In this document: positions 48,021-57,562 of the stretch, piece after piece | Layout: every line of letters starts with the position of its first letter | Position numbering within the stretch: the first letter of the stretch is position 1 | Assembly (NCBI GenBank): GCA_965224025.1 | Contig: OZ245033.1 | Location: forward strand, 3,552,001-3,616,000 | Source: Candidatus Multivorans sp. | GTDB taxonomy: Bacteria > Acidobacteriota > Thermoanaerobaculia > Multivoradales > Multivoraceae | DNA: 64,000 nt | Direction of reading: 5' to 3' | Translations under genes and position numbers: made by a program | The notes under the pieces: generated by a model | What the model was told of the DNA's origin: nothing | Seen by the model: the letters and a program-made list of their open reading frames with translations, nothing else | Databases searched by the model: none

Positions 48021-49037
48021 ATGGCGACCGAACGCGTCCGGACCGACCGGCCGCTCCCCCTCTCCTGGGCAACCCGAGCCGTCGCCGGCGGCACCCTGAT
48101 GGGACTGGCGAACCTGGTGCCGGGGATCAGCGGCGGCACGATGCTGCTCGCGGTCGGCATTTATCCCCGCTTCATCGAGGCGGTGGCGGACACGACCCGG
48201 CTGCGGTTCCGGCGCCAGCCGCTCCTGCTCCTGATCGTGGTGGCGGCATTCGGCGGGCTGGCCATCCTGCTGCTCGCCGGCACGCTGCGCGATCTAGTGG
48301 TTAACCAGCACTGGATTGTGTACAGCGCCTTCATCGGCCTGACCCTGGGCGGCGTGCCCCTGGTGTGGCGCCTCGCCCAACCGGCCGGACGCGCCGTGTG
48401 GGGCGGTGCAGCGGGCGGCTTCGCTGCCATGACGGCGCTCGCCCTCCTCCAGAGTGCACCCGCAACAGGCGGGGCCGCGGCCAGCGGGCCGCTCCTCCTC
48501 GCCGTTGCCGGCGCCGCCGCCGCCGCCGCCATGATCCTGCCCGGCCTGAGCGGTGCCTACCTGCTGCTGGTCCTCGGTCAGTACGTGCCGATCCTCGGCG
48601 CGGTCGCCCATCTGCTCGTCGGGCTCAGCAGCCGCGATGCGGGGGCCCTGGTCGATGCGGCAGGTGTCCTGCTGCCGGTTCTCCTCGGCATCGCCGCCGG
48701 CGCCACGGTGATCAGCAACGCGGTGCGGCTCGCCATGCGCCGCTTCCGGCAGGCCACCCTGGGTGTGCTCCTGGGGTTTCTTCTGGGCGCCGTGGTCGGC
48801 CTCTGGCCGTTCCAGGCGCCGGTTCCGCCTGAGATCGGCGATCTGCTGGCTGGCCAGCCGGTCACTGCCGAGACCTTGGCGACCCTGCAGCCGGCGGACT
48901 ACCCGTTCGAGACCTTTGCGCCGACCGCGATCCAGGTCGGCTCGGCCCTGGTTCTCGTTGTCGGCGGCTTTCTCCTCGCCTGGGTCGTCAGCCGATTGGG
49001 CTCGGCGTCCACCGACCAGCGCGAAACGCATCCCTAG
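48021..49037 (+). CDS. DUF368 membrane protein
   Basis: MGLANLVPGISGGT and AMILPGLSG repeat motifs. Confidence 0.92.
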   Translation: MATERVRTDRPLPLSWATRAVAGGTLMGLANLVPGISGGTMLLAVGIYPRFIEAVADTTRLRFRRQPLLLLIVVAAFGGLAILLLAGTLRDLVVNQHWIVYSAFIGLTLGGVPLVWRLAQPAGRAVWGGAAGGFAAMTALALLQSAPATGGAAASGPLLLAVAGAAAAAAMILPGLSGAYLLLVLGQYVPILGAVAHLLVGLSSRDAGALVDAAGVLLPVLLGIAAGATVISNAVRLAMRRFRQATLGVLLGFLLGAVVGLWPFQAPVPPEIGDLLAGQPVTAETLATLQPADYPFETFAPTAIQVGSALVLVVGGFLLAWVVSRLGSASTDQRETHP

Positions 49038-49105
49038 GAACTCGCGGTGGCACGGCTGCGCTACAGTCCCGCCGCCCAGACAGTTCAACCTGGAGTTCCT
49101 CGAAG

Positions 49106-50437
49106 ATGAGCACCCGACGCAAGCCCATGCTTTCAGCAACCGCCCTTTTCTCCCTGGGCCTCGTCCTGCTGCTTACCCCAATCGGGGTCTCAGCGGCGGA
49201 CGGCCGCACCGTCATCCATGCCGGTTCCCTGGTCGACGTAGAAGCCGGCGAGGTCCTTGGCCAGCACTCCATCCTGGTCGAGGGCGAGACGATCACCGCG
49301 GTCGAGGAGGGCTTCGTCGACCCGGAAGAGGGCGACACCCTGATCGACCTCTCCGGTCACACCGTCCTGCCCGGTCTGATGGACATGCACGTCCATCTGA
49401 CCTCGCAGCAGGCGGGCGCCGCCTCCTACCTCGAACGCTTCCAGCAAAGCCCGGCGGACGCGACCGTCAAGGCCCTGATCTACGCCGAGAGGACGTTGCT
49501 CGCCGGCTTCACGACGGTCCGCGACCTGGGGGGCGAAACGACGGCGATCCTCGCGGTGAGGAACGCGATCAACCGGGGCGAGATGCCCGGTCCCCGAATC
49601 TTCGCCGCCACGGCCTCGCTCGCCACCACCGGCGGCCACGGGGACCGGACGAACGGCATGCGGCCCGATCTTCAAGGCGACCCCGGGCCCAAGCAGGGCA
49701 TCGTCAACGGGATCGAGGACGCCCGCAAGGCGGTTCGGCAGCGCTACAAGGAGGGCGCCGACCTGATCAAGATCACCGCCACCGGCGGCGTGCTGAGCCT
49801 GGCCAAGAGCGGCCAGAACCCTCAGTTCACCGAGGAGGAGATTCGCGCGATCGTCGACACCGCAAAGGACTACGGCTTCATGGTCGCCGCCCACGCCCAC
49901 GGCGCCGAAGGCATGAAGCGGGCGATCCGAGCCGGCGTGGCGACGATCGAGCACGGCACGTACATGGACGAAGAGGCCTTCGAGCTGATGAAGGAGCACG
50001 GGACCCACTTCGTGCCGACGATCTCGGCCGGCAACTTCGTGGCCGAAAAGGCGGCGGTTCCGGGTTACTTCCCGGAGATCATCCGGCCCAAGGCGGCGGC
50101 GATCGGCCCGGTGATCCAGGACACCTTCGCCAAGGCCCACCGCGCCGGCGTGCCGATCGCCTTCGGCACCGACTGCGGAGTCTGTCCGCACGGCAGCAAC
50201 GGCCAGGAGTTCCTGTTCATGGTCGAGGGCGGCATGGCGCCGATGACCGCGATCCAGTCGGCGACCACGGTCACCGCGAAGCTGCTCGGCATCTGGAACG
50301 AAACCGGCTCGATCACCGCCGGCAAGGCAGCCGATCTGATCGCGGTCGAGGGCGACCCGATCGCCGACGTCACGCAGCTCCAGGATATCCGCTTCGTGAT
50401 GCGGGCGGGCCGGGTCCACAAGTCGCCGGCCGACTGA
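49106..50437 (+). CDS. Secreted metal-dependent amidohydrolase (Xaa-Pro dipeptidase-like)
   Basis: PGLMDMHVH, GFTTVRDLG, IKITATGG, AHAHG, IEHG, FGTD. Confidence 0.92.
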   Translation: MSTRRKPMLSATALFSLGLVLLLTPIGVSAADGRTVIHAGSLVDVEAGEVLGQHSILVEGETITAVEEGFVDPEEGDTLIDLSGHTVLPGLMDMHVHLTSQQAGAASYLERFQQSPADATVKALIYAERTLLAGFTTVRDLGGETTAILAVRNAINRGEMPGPRIFAATASLATTGGHGDRTNGMRPDLQGDPGPKQGIVNGIEDARKAVRQRYKEGADLIKITATGGVLSLAKSGQNPQFTEEEIRAIVDTAKDYGFMVAAHAHGAEGMKRAIRAGVATIEHGTYMDEEAFELMKEHGTHFVPTISAGNFVAEKAAVPGYFPEIIRPKAAAIGPVIQDTFAKAHRAGVPIAFGTDCGVCPHGSNGQEFLFMVEGGMAPMTAIQSATTVTAKLLGIWNETGSITAGKAADLIAVEGDPIADVTQLQDIRFVMRAGRVHKSPAD

Positions 50438-50450
50438 AAGCCGGCGGTCC

Positions 50451-51203
50451 GTGACGCTCCAACTCCAGGTTCTCGGCTGCGGCGACGCCTTCAGCAGCGG
50501 TGGGCGGCTTCATACCTGCTTCCTGCTCCGGGGCGAGGCTGGTGACGGCCAACTGCCGCCCACCCTGCTCGACTGCGGCGCGACCTCGCTGACGGCGATG
50601 AAGGGCCGGGGGATCGAGCCGGCATCGGTCCGTACGACCCTCATCACCCACCTGCACGGCGACCACTTCGGCGGACTGCCCTTCCTGCTGTCGGATGCCC
50701 ACTACCGCGCTCACCGCACCGAGCCCCTGACCCTGGCCGGTCCCCCGGGTCTCGCGAAGCGACTCGCCCAGGCGCAGGAGGCCTTCTACCCGTCGTCTAC
50801 GAAGCGCGACCTCGCCTTCGAACTGGAGATCGTCGAACTCCACGAACGCCGGCCGGCCGACATTGGCGGCCTTCGGGTGACGCCGTTCGAGGTCGTCCAC
50901 CCGTCCGGCGCGCCCAGCTACGCCCTGCGAATCGAGTACGGCGGCCGCGTGCTGGCCTTCTCAGGCGACACCGAGTGGACGCAGGCCCTGGTCGATGCCG
51001 CCTCCGGCGCCGACCTGTTCATCTGCGAGTGCAACTCCTACGACCGGCCGATCCCGAACCACCTGAACTACCGCGATCTGCTCGCACGGAGGCACCTCTT
51101 CGACTTCCGGCGGATGCTGCTCACCCATCTCGGAGACGACATGGTGGACCGCCGCGGCCTCGAGATCGGAGCCCTGGTCGAGGGCCGGACCTACGACGTT
51201 TGA
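50451..51203 (+). CDS. MBL-fold metallo-hydrolase (RNase Z-like)
   Basis: LGCGDAF, THLHGDHFGG, FSGDT, LTH. Confidence 0.9.
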   Translation: MTLQLQVLGCGDAFSSGGRLHTCFLLRGEAGDGQLPPTLLDCGATSLTAMKGRGIEPASVRTTLITHLHGDHFGGLPFLLSDAHYRAHRTEPLTLAGPPGLAKRLAQAQEAFYPSSTKRDLAFELEIVELHERRPADIGGLRVTPFEVVHPSGAPSYALRIEYGGRVLAFSGDTEWTQALVDAASGADLFICECNSYDRPIPNHLNYRDLLARRHLFDFRRMLLTHLGDDMVDRRGLEIGALVEGRTYDV

Positions 51204-51278
51204 CCGGGGCCAAGTAGCTGAGCCACGGCTCAACCTTCGCTGTTACACTCCGCGTCCGAAACCGACCCAGGAGCAGAA

Positions 51279-52391
51279 ATGAACTTCGATTTCTCGGATG
51301 CCCAAAAGGCATTGAAGCAGCAGACACGCGGCTTCCTCCGCGCCGCCTGCGACACGACCGTGCCGCGGCGCGTGCTGGAGAACGCGGACGAGCCCTTCGC
51401 CCGCGATCTCTGGCAGCAGATCTGCGCCAACGAGTCGCCCGGGATTGCGATCCCCGAGGAATACGGCGGCATCGGCTTCGGCTACCTCGAGCTCTGCGTC
51501 GTCGCCGAGGAACTCGGCCGGGCCATCGCGCCCGTGCCCTTCTCCTCCTCCGTCTACCTGGCCACCGAGGCGGTGCTGCTGGCTGGTTCGGAGGACCAGA
51601 AGCAGGCCCTTCTGCCGAAGCTCGCGGCCGGCGGGGCGATCGGCACCTTCGCTCTCTCCGAAGGACCCGGCCAAGCCACGGAAGCGAACCTGCAGGCCAC
51701 GCTCAAGGACGGCCGTCTTTCAGGCACCAAGATGCCGGTACCCGACGGCGATGTGGCGGACCTCTGCGTTGTCGTCGCCAGGGACGGTGGCGGCACGTCG
51801 CTGGCCGTCGTCGATCTCACCGGCGACGGCGTGTCGCGCGAACCGGTGGACACGCTCGATCCCTCACGCTCCAACGCCCGGATCACCTTCGACGGCGCCG
51901 AGGCCGAGCTTCTCGGCGAGTCCGGCCGGGGCTGGGCTCTCAAGGACCGCGTCTTCGACCGCGCCGCGGTGCTCTTCGCCATGGAGCAGCTCGGCGGCGC
52001 CGACGCCTGCCTCGAGATGGCGATCGGCTACGCCAAGGGACGCTACGCCTTCGGCCGGCCGATCGGCTCGTTCCAGGCGATCAAGCACAAGCTTGCCGAC
52101 ATGTACATCAAGAACGAACTGGCACGGGCCAACTGCTACTACGGCGCCTGGGCTCTTTCGACCGACGCCCCCGAACTGCCGGTGGCGGCGGCGGCGGCGC
52201 GAGTGGCGGCGATCCAGGCCTTCCATTTCGCCTCGAAGGAGAACATCCAGACCCACGGCGGCATCGGCTTCACCTGGGAGTCGGACTGCCATCTCTACTA
52301 TCGCCGCGCCAAGCTGCTGGCGCTCGGCATCGGCAGCGAGCGAGTATGGAAGGACCGGTTGATCTCGAGTCTGGAAGAGGAGGCCGCCTGA
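51279..52391 (+). CDS. Acyl-CoA dehydrogenase (short partner subunit type)
   Basis: FGRPIGSFQAIKH, IQTHGGIGFTWE. Confidence 0.92.
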   Translation: MNFDFSDAQKALKQQTRGFLRAACDTTVPRRVLENADEPFARDLWQQICANESPGIAIPEEYGGIGFGYLELCVVAEELGRAIAPVPFSSSVYLATEAVLLAGSEDQKQALLPKLAAGGAIGTFALSEGPGQATEANLQATLKDGRLSGTKMPVPDGDVADLCVVVARDGGGTSLAVVDLTGDGVSREPVDTLDPSRSNARITFDGAEAELLGESGRGWALKDRVFDRAAVLFAMEQLGGADACLEMAIGYAKGRYAFGRPIGSFQAIKHKLADMYIKNELARANCYYGAWALSTDAPELPVAAAAARVAAIQAFHFASKENIQTHGGIGFTWESDCHLYYRRAKLLALGIGSERVWKDRLISSLEEEAA

Positions 52392-53617
52392 TGGACTTCA
52401 ACGACACCCCGGAACAGGCCGCATACCGCAGCGAGGTTCGCGCCTGGCTCAGCGCCAACGCGGCGCCGCGCAAGGACCGCCCCAGCGTCAGCCGCAGGCT
52501 GGACGCCGAGGAAGGGCTCATCCTCGCCAAGAACTGGCAGAACAAAAAGGCCGAGGCCGGGTACGCCTGCCGCCACTGGCCGACCGAGCACGGCGGACAG
52601 AGCCGGCCCATGATCGAGACGATCATTTACGACCAGGAGGAGGCCCGGTTCGACGTGCCGACCGGCTTCTTCGGCATCGGGCTCGGCATGTGCGGCCCGA
52701 TCATGGCGAAGTACGCCACCGAGGAGCAGCAGGCGCGCTACATCCCGCCCATGATCCGCGGCCAGGAGGTCTGGTGCCAGTTGTTCTCCGAGCCGGCGGC
52801 CGGCTCCGACGTCGCCGGACTGCGGACCCGCTGCCACCGCGACGGCGACGACTGGGTGGTCAACGGCCAGAAGGTCTGGACGTCCGGCGCTCACTACTCC
52901 GACTACGGCATCCTGGTGGCCCGCCACGACTCGTCCCTGCCCAAGCACAAGGGCCTGACGTTCTTCTTCATCGACATGAAGTCGCCCGGAATCGACGTCA
53001 AGCCGATCAAGCAGATCAACGGCGGCTCCAACTTCAACGAGGTCTTCTTCACCAACGTCCGCGTGCCGGACGCCCAGCGTCTCGGCGCAATCGGCGAGGG
53101 CTGGCAGGTCGCGATCGCGACCCTGATGAACGAACGCCTCGCCGTCGGCGACGCTCCGCCGCCCGACTTCCGCGAAGTGATGAAACTGGCCGCGAGTTGC
53201 CTCCTCGACGGTAGGCCGGCGCTCGATGACTCCGCCGTGCGCGAGAAGATCGCCGACTGGTACGTCGAATCGATGGGCATGGTGCACACCAAGGCACGCA
53301 CTCTGACCGCCCTGTCGCAGGGCCGGGTCCCCGGCCCTGAGAACTCGATCGGCAAACTCGTCTCCGCCTCAAAGCTGCAAGACGTGTCCTCCTTCGGGGC
53401 CGACCTGATGGACATGGGCGGCGTGATCACCGACCCCTCCCTGATGCCGGCCTCGGCCCTTTTCCAGCAGTCCTACCTCTACTCTCCCGGCCTCCGCATC
53501 GCCGGCGGCACCGACGAGATCCTGCGCAACATCATCGCCGAACGCGTCCTCGGCCTCCCCGGCGAGATCCGCGTCGACCGCGACGTCCCCTACAGCGACA
53601 TTCCGACGGGCACTTGA
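52391..53617 (+). CDS. Acyl-CoA dehydrogenase
   Basis: WCQLFSEPAAGSD, NGQKVWTS, IAGGTDEI. Confidence 0.94.
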   Translation: MDFNDTPEQAAYRSEVRAWLSANAAPRKDRPSVSRRLDAEEGLILAKNWQNKKAEAGYACRHWPTEHGGQSRPMIETIIYDQEEARFDVPTGFFGIGLGMCGPIMAKYATEEQQARYIPPMIRGQEVWCQLFSEPAAGSDVAGLRTRCHRDGDDWVVNGQKVWTSGAHYSDYGILVARHDSSLPKHKGLTFFFIDMKSPGIDVKPIKQINGGSNFNEVFFTNVRVPDAQRLGAIGEGWQVAIATLMNERLAVGDAPPPDFREVMKLAASCLLDGRPALDDSAVREKIADWYVESMGMVHTKARTLTALSQGRVPGPENSIGKLVSASKLQDVSSFGADLMDMGGVITDPSLMPASALFQQSYLYSPGLRIAGGTDEILRNIIAERVLGLPGEIRVDRDVPYSDIPTGT

Positions 53618-53660
53618 GGCACTGAGCTTCGCATCTAAGCAACCACGGGAACAAGCAGCA

Positions 53661-54491
53661 ATGGACGAAAGAGAGTTCGCGTACGATGTGGGCCTGTCGT
53701 TCGCCGGTGAGCAGCGCGGTTACGTCGAGAGCGTCGCTGACGCACTCCGGTCGCGGGGAATCCGGGTCTTCCTTGACAAATACGAACGAGCGGCTCTGTG
53801 GGGTAAGAACCTGTATGAACACCTAAGCGATGTGTATCAGAACCGCTGCCGCTACTGCATCCTGTTTGTGTCGGCCGACTACGCCCGGAAGGTCTGGATG
53901 AATCATGAGCGGAAGAGCGCCCAAGCCCGCGCCATTTCAGAGAAGAGCGAGTACATCCTCCCGGCAAGGTTCGACGACACAGAGGTTGATGGTCTCCTCA
54001 AGACCGTTTCCTACGTAGACCTCAGGGAGACTACTGCTGAGGAGCTCGTCGAGATCACCCTTGCGAAGATCGGGACACCGGAGCGTCGTAACTACTTGCC
54101 CCCTGTGCCCGATAGGCTCTTCGAGCTCCTGGGAATCGAGGAGGACGCCCAGGCACAGGAAGCCGCGCACTCCCAAGCATCGTCTTTCTTGCGGGCCCTA
54201 CGGCGAATGACAGCCGACGAACGTAACGCTGTACTTTGCCTGTTTCGCTTCGGGTGCGACGTAGACTTGCCTGAGAATGTCCATATCAACGCTGATCTTC
54301 TCCGCCGACACACGGGCAGATCGATAGCTACCCTTGAGCGCTTGCTTGGTGACGTCCAATCTCTCGGATTCACCTGTTCCGTCAGAAAGGCCACGGATGG
54401 CGATCACTCCGTCCATGGGACGCTCTTGGGCGAGTCCTACATGTTCGATCTGACTTGGATAGATCTACAAGCTATTCACGACTATCCGGAG
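53661..54491 (+). pseudogene. TIR-domain protein, 5' part (codons 1-277), interrupted by the IS
   Basis: YDVGLSFAGE, VFLD, FVSADY..KVWMNHE, YILPARFDD; frame continues at 57206 once the IS and one TSD are removed. Confidence 0.9.
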
Positions 54492-54509
54492 GGGGATTAT
54501 ATATTAGGC

Positions 54510-54538
54510 TTGACACGGGCGCTGATTTCCCGTAGTGT
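54510..54538 (+). promoter_or_regulatory. Putative sigma70 promoter of the transposase operon
   Basis: TTGACA (inside IRL), 17-nt spacer, TAGTGT. Confidence 0.65.
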
Positions 54539-54566
54539 CTAGGGACACTGGACGGGAGATGAAACG

Positions 54567-55553
54567 ATGAAGCACAAGGCACCCGGCAAGGCTTACCGCA
54601 AGGGACTGACGTTCGTGCAACTGGCGCGGATGTTCCCCGATGAAGCAGCCGCGCGAGACTGGTTCGAGACGTACCTTTGGCCCGATGGAGTGAAGTGGTG
54701 CCCGAACTGCGGCGGCGACAACACGCACGCATGCAAGCACAAGCAGATGCCGTACCGCTGCCGCGACTGCAAGCGGTACTTCAGCGTCAAGACCGGCACG
54801 CTCATGGCTGGTTCGCCGTTGCCTCTGTTGACGTGGCTCTACGCGATCTACCTCGAACTCACATCGCTCAAGGGCGTATCGAGCATGAAACTGCACCGTG
54901 ACCTAGGCGTCACTCAGAAGACCGCTTGGCACATGCTCCAGCGCATCCGCGAAGCGTTCGCCGCCGAAGGGCCGGAAGTCCGGTTCGACGGTCCCGCCGA
55001 AGTGGACGAGACGTACTTCGGCGGTCTGCGGAAGAACATGCCGAAGTGGAAGCGTGCGGAGCTTGAAGGTCGCGGCACGGTCGGCAAGACCGCCGTGGTG
55101 GGCATCAAGGACCGCGAGACCAAGAAGGTCGCGGCGAAGGTGGTCCGCTCCACCGACGGCGAGACCCTACAGGCGTTCGTGCGCGAGCACGTCGAACCCG
55201 GCGCGATGGTGTACAGCGACGATACCGGGGCGTACAGCGGTCTGACCGAGTACGAGCGTGGCACGGTGAAGCACTCGGTCGGCGAGTACGTGGACGGCAA
55301 GGTCCACACGAACTCGATCGAGAGCTTCTGGTCGATGCTCAAGCGGGCGCACAAGGGTGTGTTCCACAAGATCAGTCCGAAGCACCTGCAACGCTACGTC
55401 GATGAGTTCGCGGGTCGGCAGAACATCCGCGAGTACGACACGCTGGCGCAGATGGTCGCCGTCACGGAGGGACTCGCGGGCAAGCGGCTCCGCTATCGTG
55501 ACCTGATCGCCGACAACGGCCTGCCGTCGGGCGCGCGCGAGGCCGCCGCATGA
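54567..55553 (+). CDS. IS1595-family DDE transposase
   Basis: Zn ribbon CPNC..CRDC; HTH region GVSSMKL..LGVTQKTAW; EVDETY, YSDD, HTNSIESFWS, YVDEF. Confidence 0.96.
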   Translation: MKHKAPGKAYRKGLTFVQLARMFPDEAAARDWFETYLWPDGVKWCPNCGGDNTHACKHKQMPYRCRDCKRYFSVKTGTLMAGSPLPLLTWLYAIYLELTSLKGVSSMKLHRDLGVTQKTAWHMLQRIREAFAAEGPEVRFDGPAEVDETYFGGLRKNMPKWKRAELEGRGTVGKTAVVGIKDRETKKVAAKVVRSTDGETLQAFVREHVEPGAMVYSDDTGAYSGLTEYERGTVKHSVGEYVDGKVHTNSIESFWSMLKRAHKGVFHKISPKHLQRYVDEFAGRQNIREYDTLAQMVAVTEGLAGKRLRYRDLIADNGLPSGAREAAA

Positions 55554-56996
55554 CCATCCTCGGTTCGTTCAGTCTGGTTCCAAACAGCCTCTACTACGGC
55601 GACTGCCTCGAAGTCATGGGCGGTTGGCCAGCCGAGTCGGTGGATCTGATCTACCTCGATCCGCCGTTCAACTCGAAGGCGGACTACAACCAGTTGTTCG
55701 GCACCGAGAACGGCGTGCCGGCCCAAGTTCGGGCGTTCACCGACACATGGACATGGAACGACTCGGCGGCCGAGCGGTACGACCGTTTCAGCCGTGCAGT
55801 CGCGCATCCCGCGCACAAGGCGGTAGTCGGCCTGCACATGGCGCTAGGTCCATCGGGGATGCTCGCGTACCTCACCTACATGGCCGAGCGGCTCGCGGAG
55901 TGCAAGCGCCTGCTCAAGCCGACCGGCTCCATCTACCTGCACTGTGACCACACGGCGGGCGCGTACCTGAAGATGCTCATGGACGCGATCTTCGGAGCGA
56001 ACAATCGCCGAAGCGAACTCCACTGGTACTACTACAACAAGATGCACGACAGCCGGAAGAAGCTGTTTGCTGCCGCCACGGACACAATCTTCTTCTATGT
56101 CAAGGATGTGGACTCCGGTTTTTCGTTTGAACAACTTCAAGAACGCCGCGAAAAGCCCGTCAAGCAGCTTGTACGAGCCAAAGTCAACGGCCGCATGGTC
56201 AACAAGCGAGACGAAGACGGTCGGCTGATGTACCAGACCAAGACACATAGAACCATTGACAATGTGTGGCGGATACCCTGTTTGCAACCAGCATCGAGGG
56301 AGAGATTAGGCTATCCAACACAGAAGCCCCGTGCGCTGTTGGATCGCATCATCAAGGCGTCTTCTAGGGAAGGTGACTTGGTGCTTGACCCGTTCTGCGG
56401 TTGTGGCACGACGATAGACGCGGCGAATCGACTGCAACGGCAGTGGGTCGGCATCGACCTTTCACCGTTCGCCACTCGCCTTGTGCGTGACCGCAGGCTC
56501 AAGGATGCGAGTATCCAGATCTTCGGTATCCCGACAGATGTTGAAGGCGCACGGCTCCTGCTACGCAACAACCCGTTCGACTTCGAGGCGTGGATCGTTA
56601 CGTCGGTGGACGGGCTGGCGGCGAACGAGGTCCAGGTAGGCGACGGCGGCATCGACGGGCGCGGCAGGATGTTCACCGTGCCGGACGATGAAACAGGCTT
56701 GGTGCTCGCTCAGGTGAAGGGGGGGGTACACCGCATCGGCGCTGCGGGACTTCGAGGGCACGATGGGCCGCGAGAACGCCACGGCGGGCATCTTCGTCAC
56801 CTTGAAGCGCGTCACAACGTCCAGTGCCCGCGCGGCTGCCAAGGCGATGGGCGAGTACCGCGTAGGCGCGACGCGCTACCCTCGGCTCCAGTTCTGGTCC
56901 GCAGAGGAGTATCTGAGGGGCGTCCGTCCTCACCTACCCGCGATGGCCGACCCGTACACCGGCAAAGCAGTTCAGACCGACATGTTCACCGGATAG
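55550..56996 (+). pseudogene. Beta-class N6/N4 DNA methyltransferase fused to an Mrr-like nuclease; out of frame at a G8 tract (possibly phase-variable)
   Basis: YLDPPFN (motif IV), YPTQKP, VLDPFCGCGTT (motif I), FE..GDGGIDG..AQVKGG; natural C-terminus (YTASALRDF..GIFVTL..YPRLQ) lies in another frame after G8 at 56719-56726. Confidence 0.88.
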
Positions 56997-57009
56997 CAGG
57001 GAGGAAGCG

Positions 57010-57192
57010 TTGCCCAAGAAGCCGAAGCGCCACACGGAACACAAGAAGGTGTACAAAGCCGAGTACGGCGGCGCTACGCCCGCGCAGGTCACGCTTGCGC
57101 TTCTACGCTACCGTCCAAACGCACCCGAAGCCGTCACGAAGCGTTTGCCACCGCAGGTTCAAGCCGACCCCGCTATCAAGTCTAGTGTATAA
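57010..57192 (+). CDS. Small basic IS-encoded protein (60 aa)
   Basis: GGGAGG RBS before TTG; stop TAA lies inside IRR; ATPAQVTLALLR helix. Confidence 0.55.
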   Translation: MPKKPKRHTEHKKVYKAEYGGATPAQVTLALLRYRPNAPEAVTKRLPPQVQADPAIKSSV

Positions 57193-57205
57193 TCCCCATC
57201 CGGAG

Positions 57206-57340
57206 ATGATGGTCGCTCATGCAATGGTAGTGGCGGCCACCGAGAACTACTGTGAAGAACACGGAGGCGAGTTCCTCGATCGTTTAGACTTCTCCCAGCT
57301 TGCTACCGCAACGGCGACCGCAGAAGATCACGAGGTGTAG
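57206..57340 (+). pseudogene. TIR-domain protein, displaced 3' part (44 codons)
   Basis: In frame with 53661-54491 across the TSD (HDYPE/MMVAHAM...HEV*). Confidence 0.85.
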
Positions 57341-57562
57341 GCTGAATCGTGCCGCAGGTCCTTCGGCGAGCCGGCCACTCTCGGCGAGGTGTTTAGGGGC
57401 GGGAGTTGCATCTCACTTCTCGGGTTTGCGGAAGTAGACGACGGAGTTCTTGCGGTCTCGCGTGGTCTTAAGGTCGGCCGCGAGCACCTCAATGTCGGGG
57501 GCAAGGGGCCGATGAAGTACCTGTACAATCGCGAGACCTCTACTTCGTCCTGGCCTCCGGGG

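Larger units (their letters stand above)
54492..57197 (+). mobile_element. IS1595-family transporter IS with passenger genes, 2706 bp
   Basis: IRL GGGGATTATATATTAGGCTTGACA (54492-54515); IRR reverse complement GGGGATTATACACTAGACTTGATA (57174-57197), 20/24 identical; TSD ATCCGGAG at 54484-54491 and 57198-57205. Confidence 0.96.

Noticed and set aside
55550-57340. The 596-aa ORF as a genuine single protein
   Set aside because: The sequence after the G8 tract is off-frame IS sequence plus the TIR gene tail; the natural C-terminus is in another frame ending at 56996
57341-57562. Possible gene remnant between the TIR tail and the methylase
   Set aside because: Only short frames with no recognisable motif
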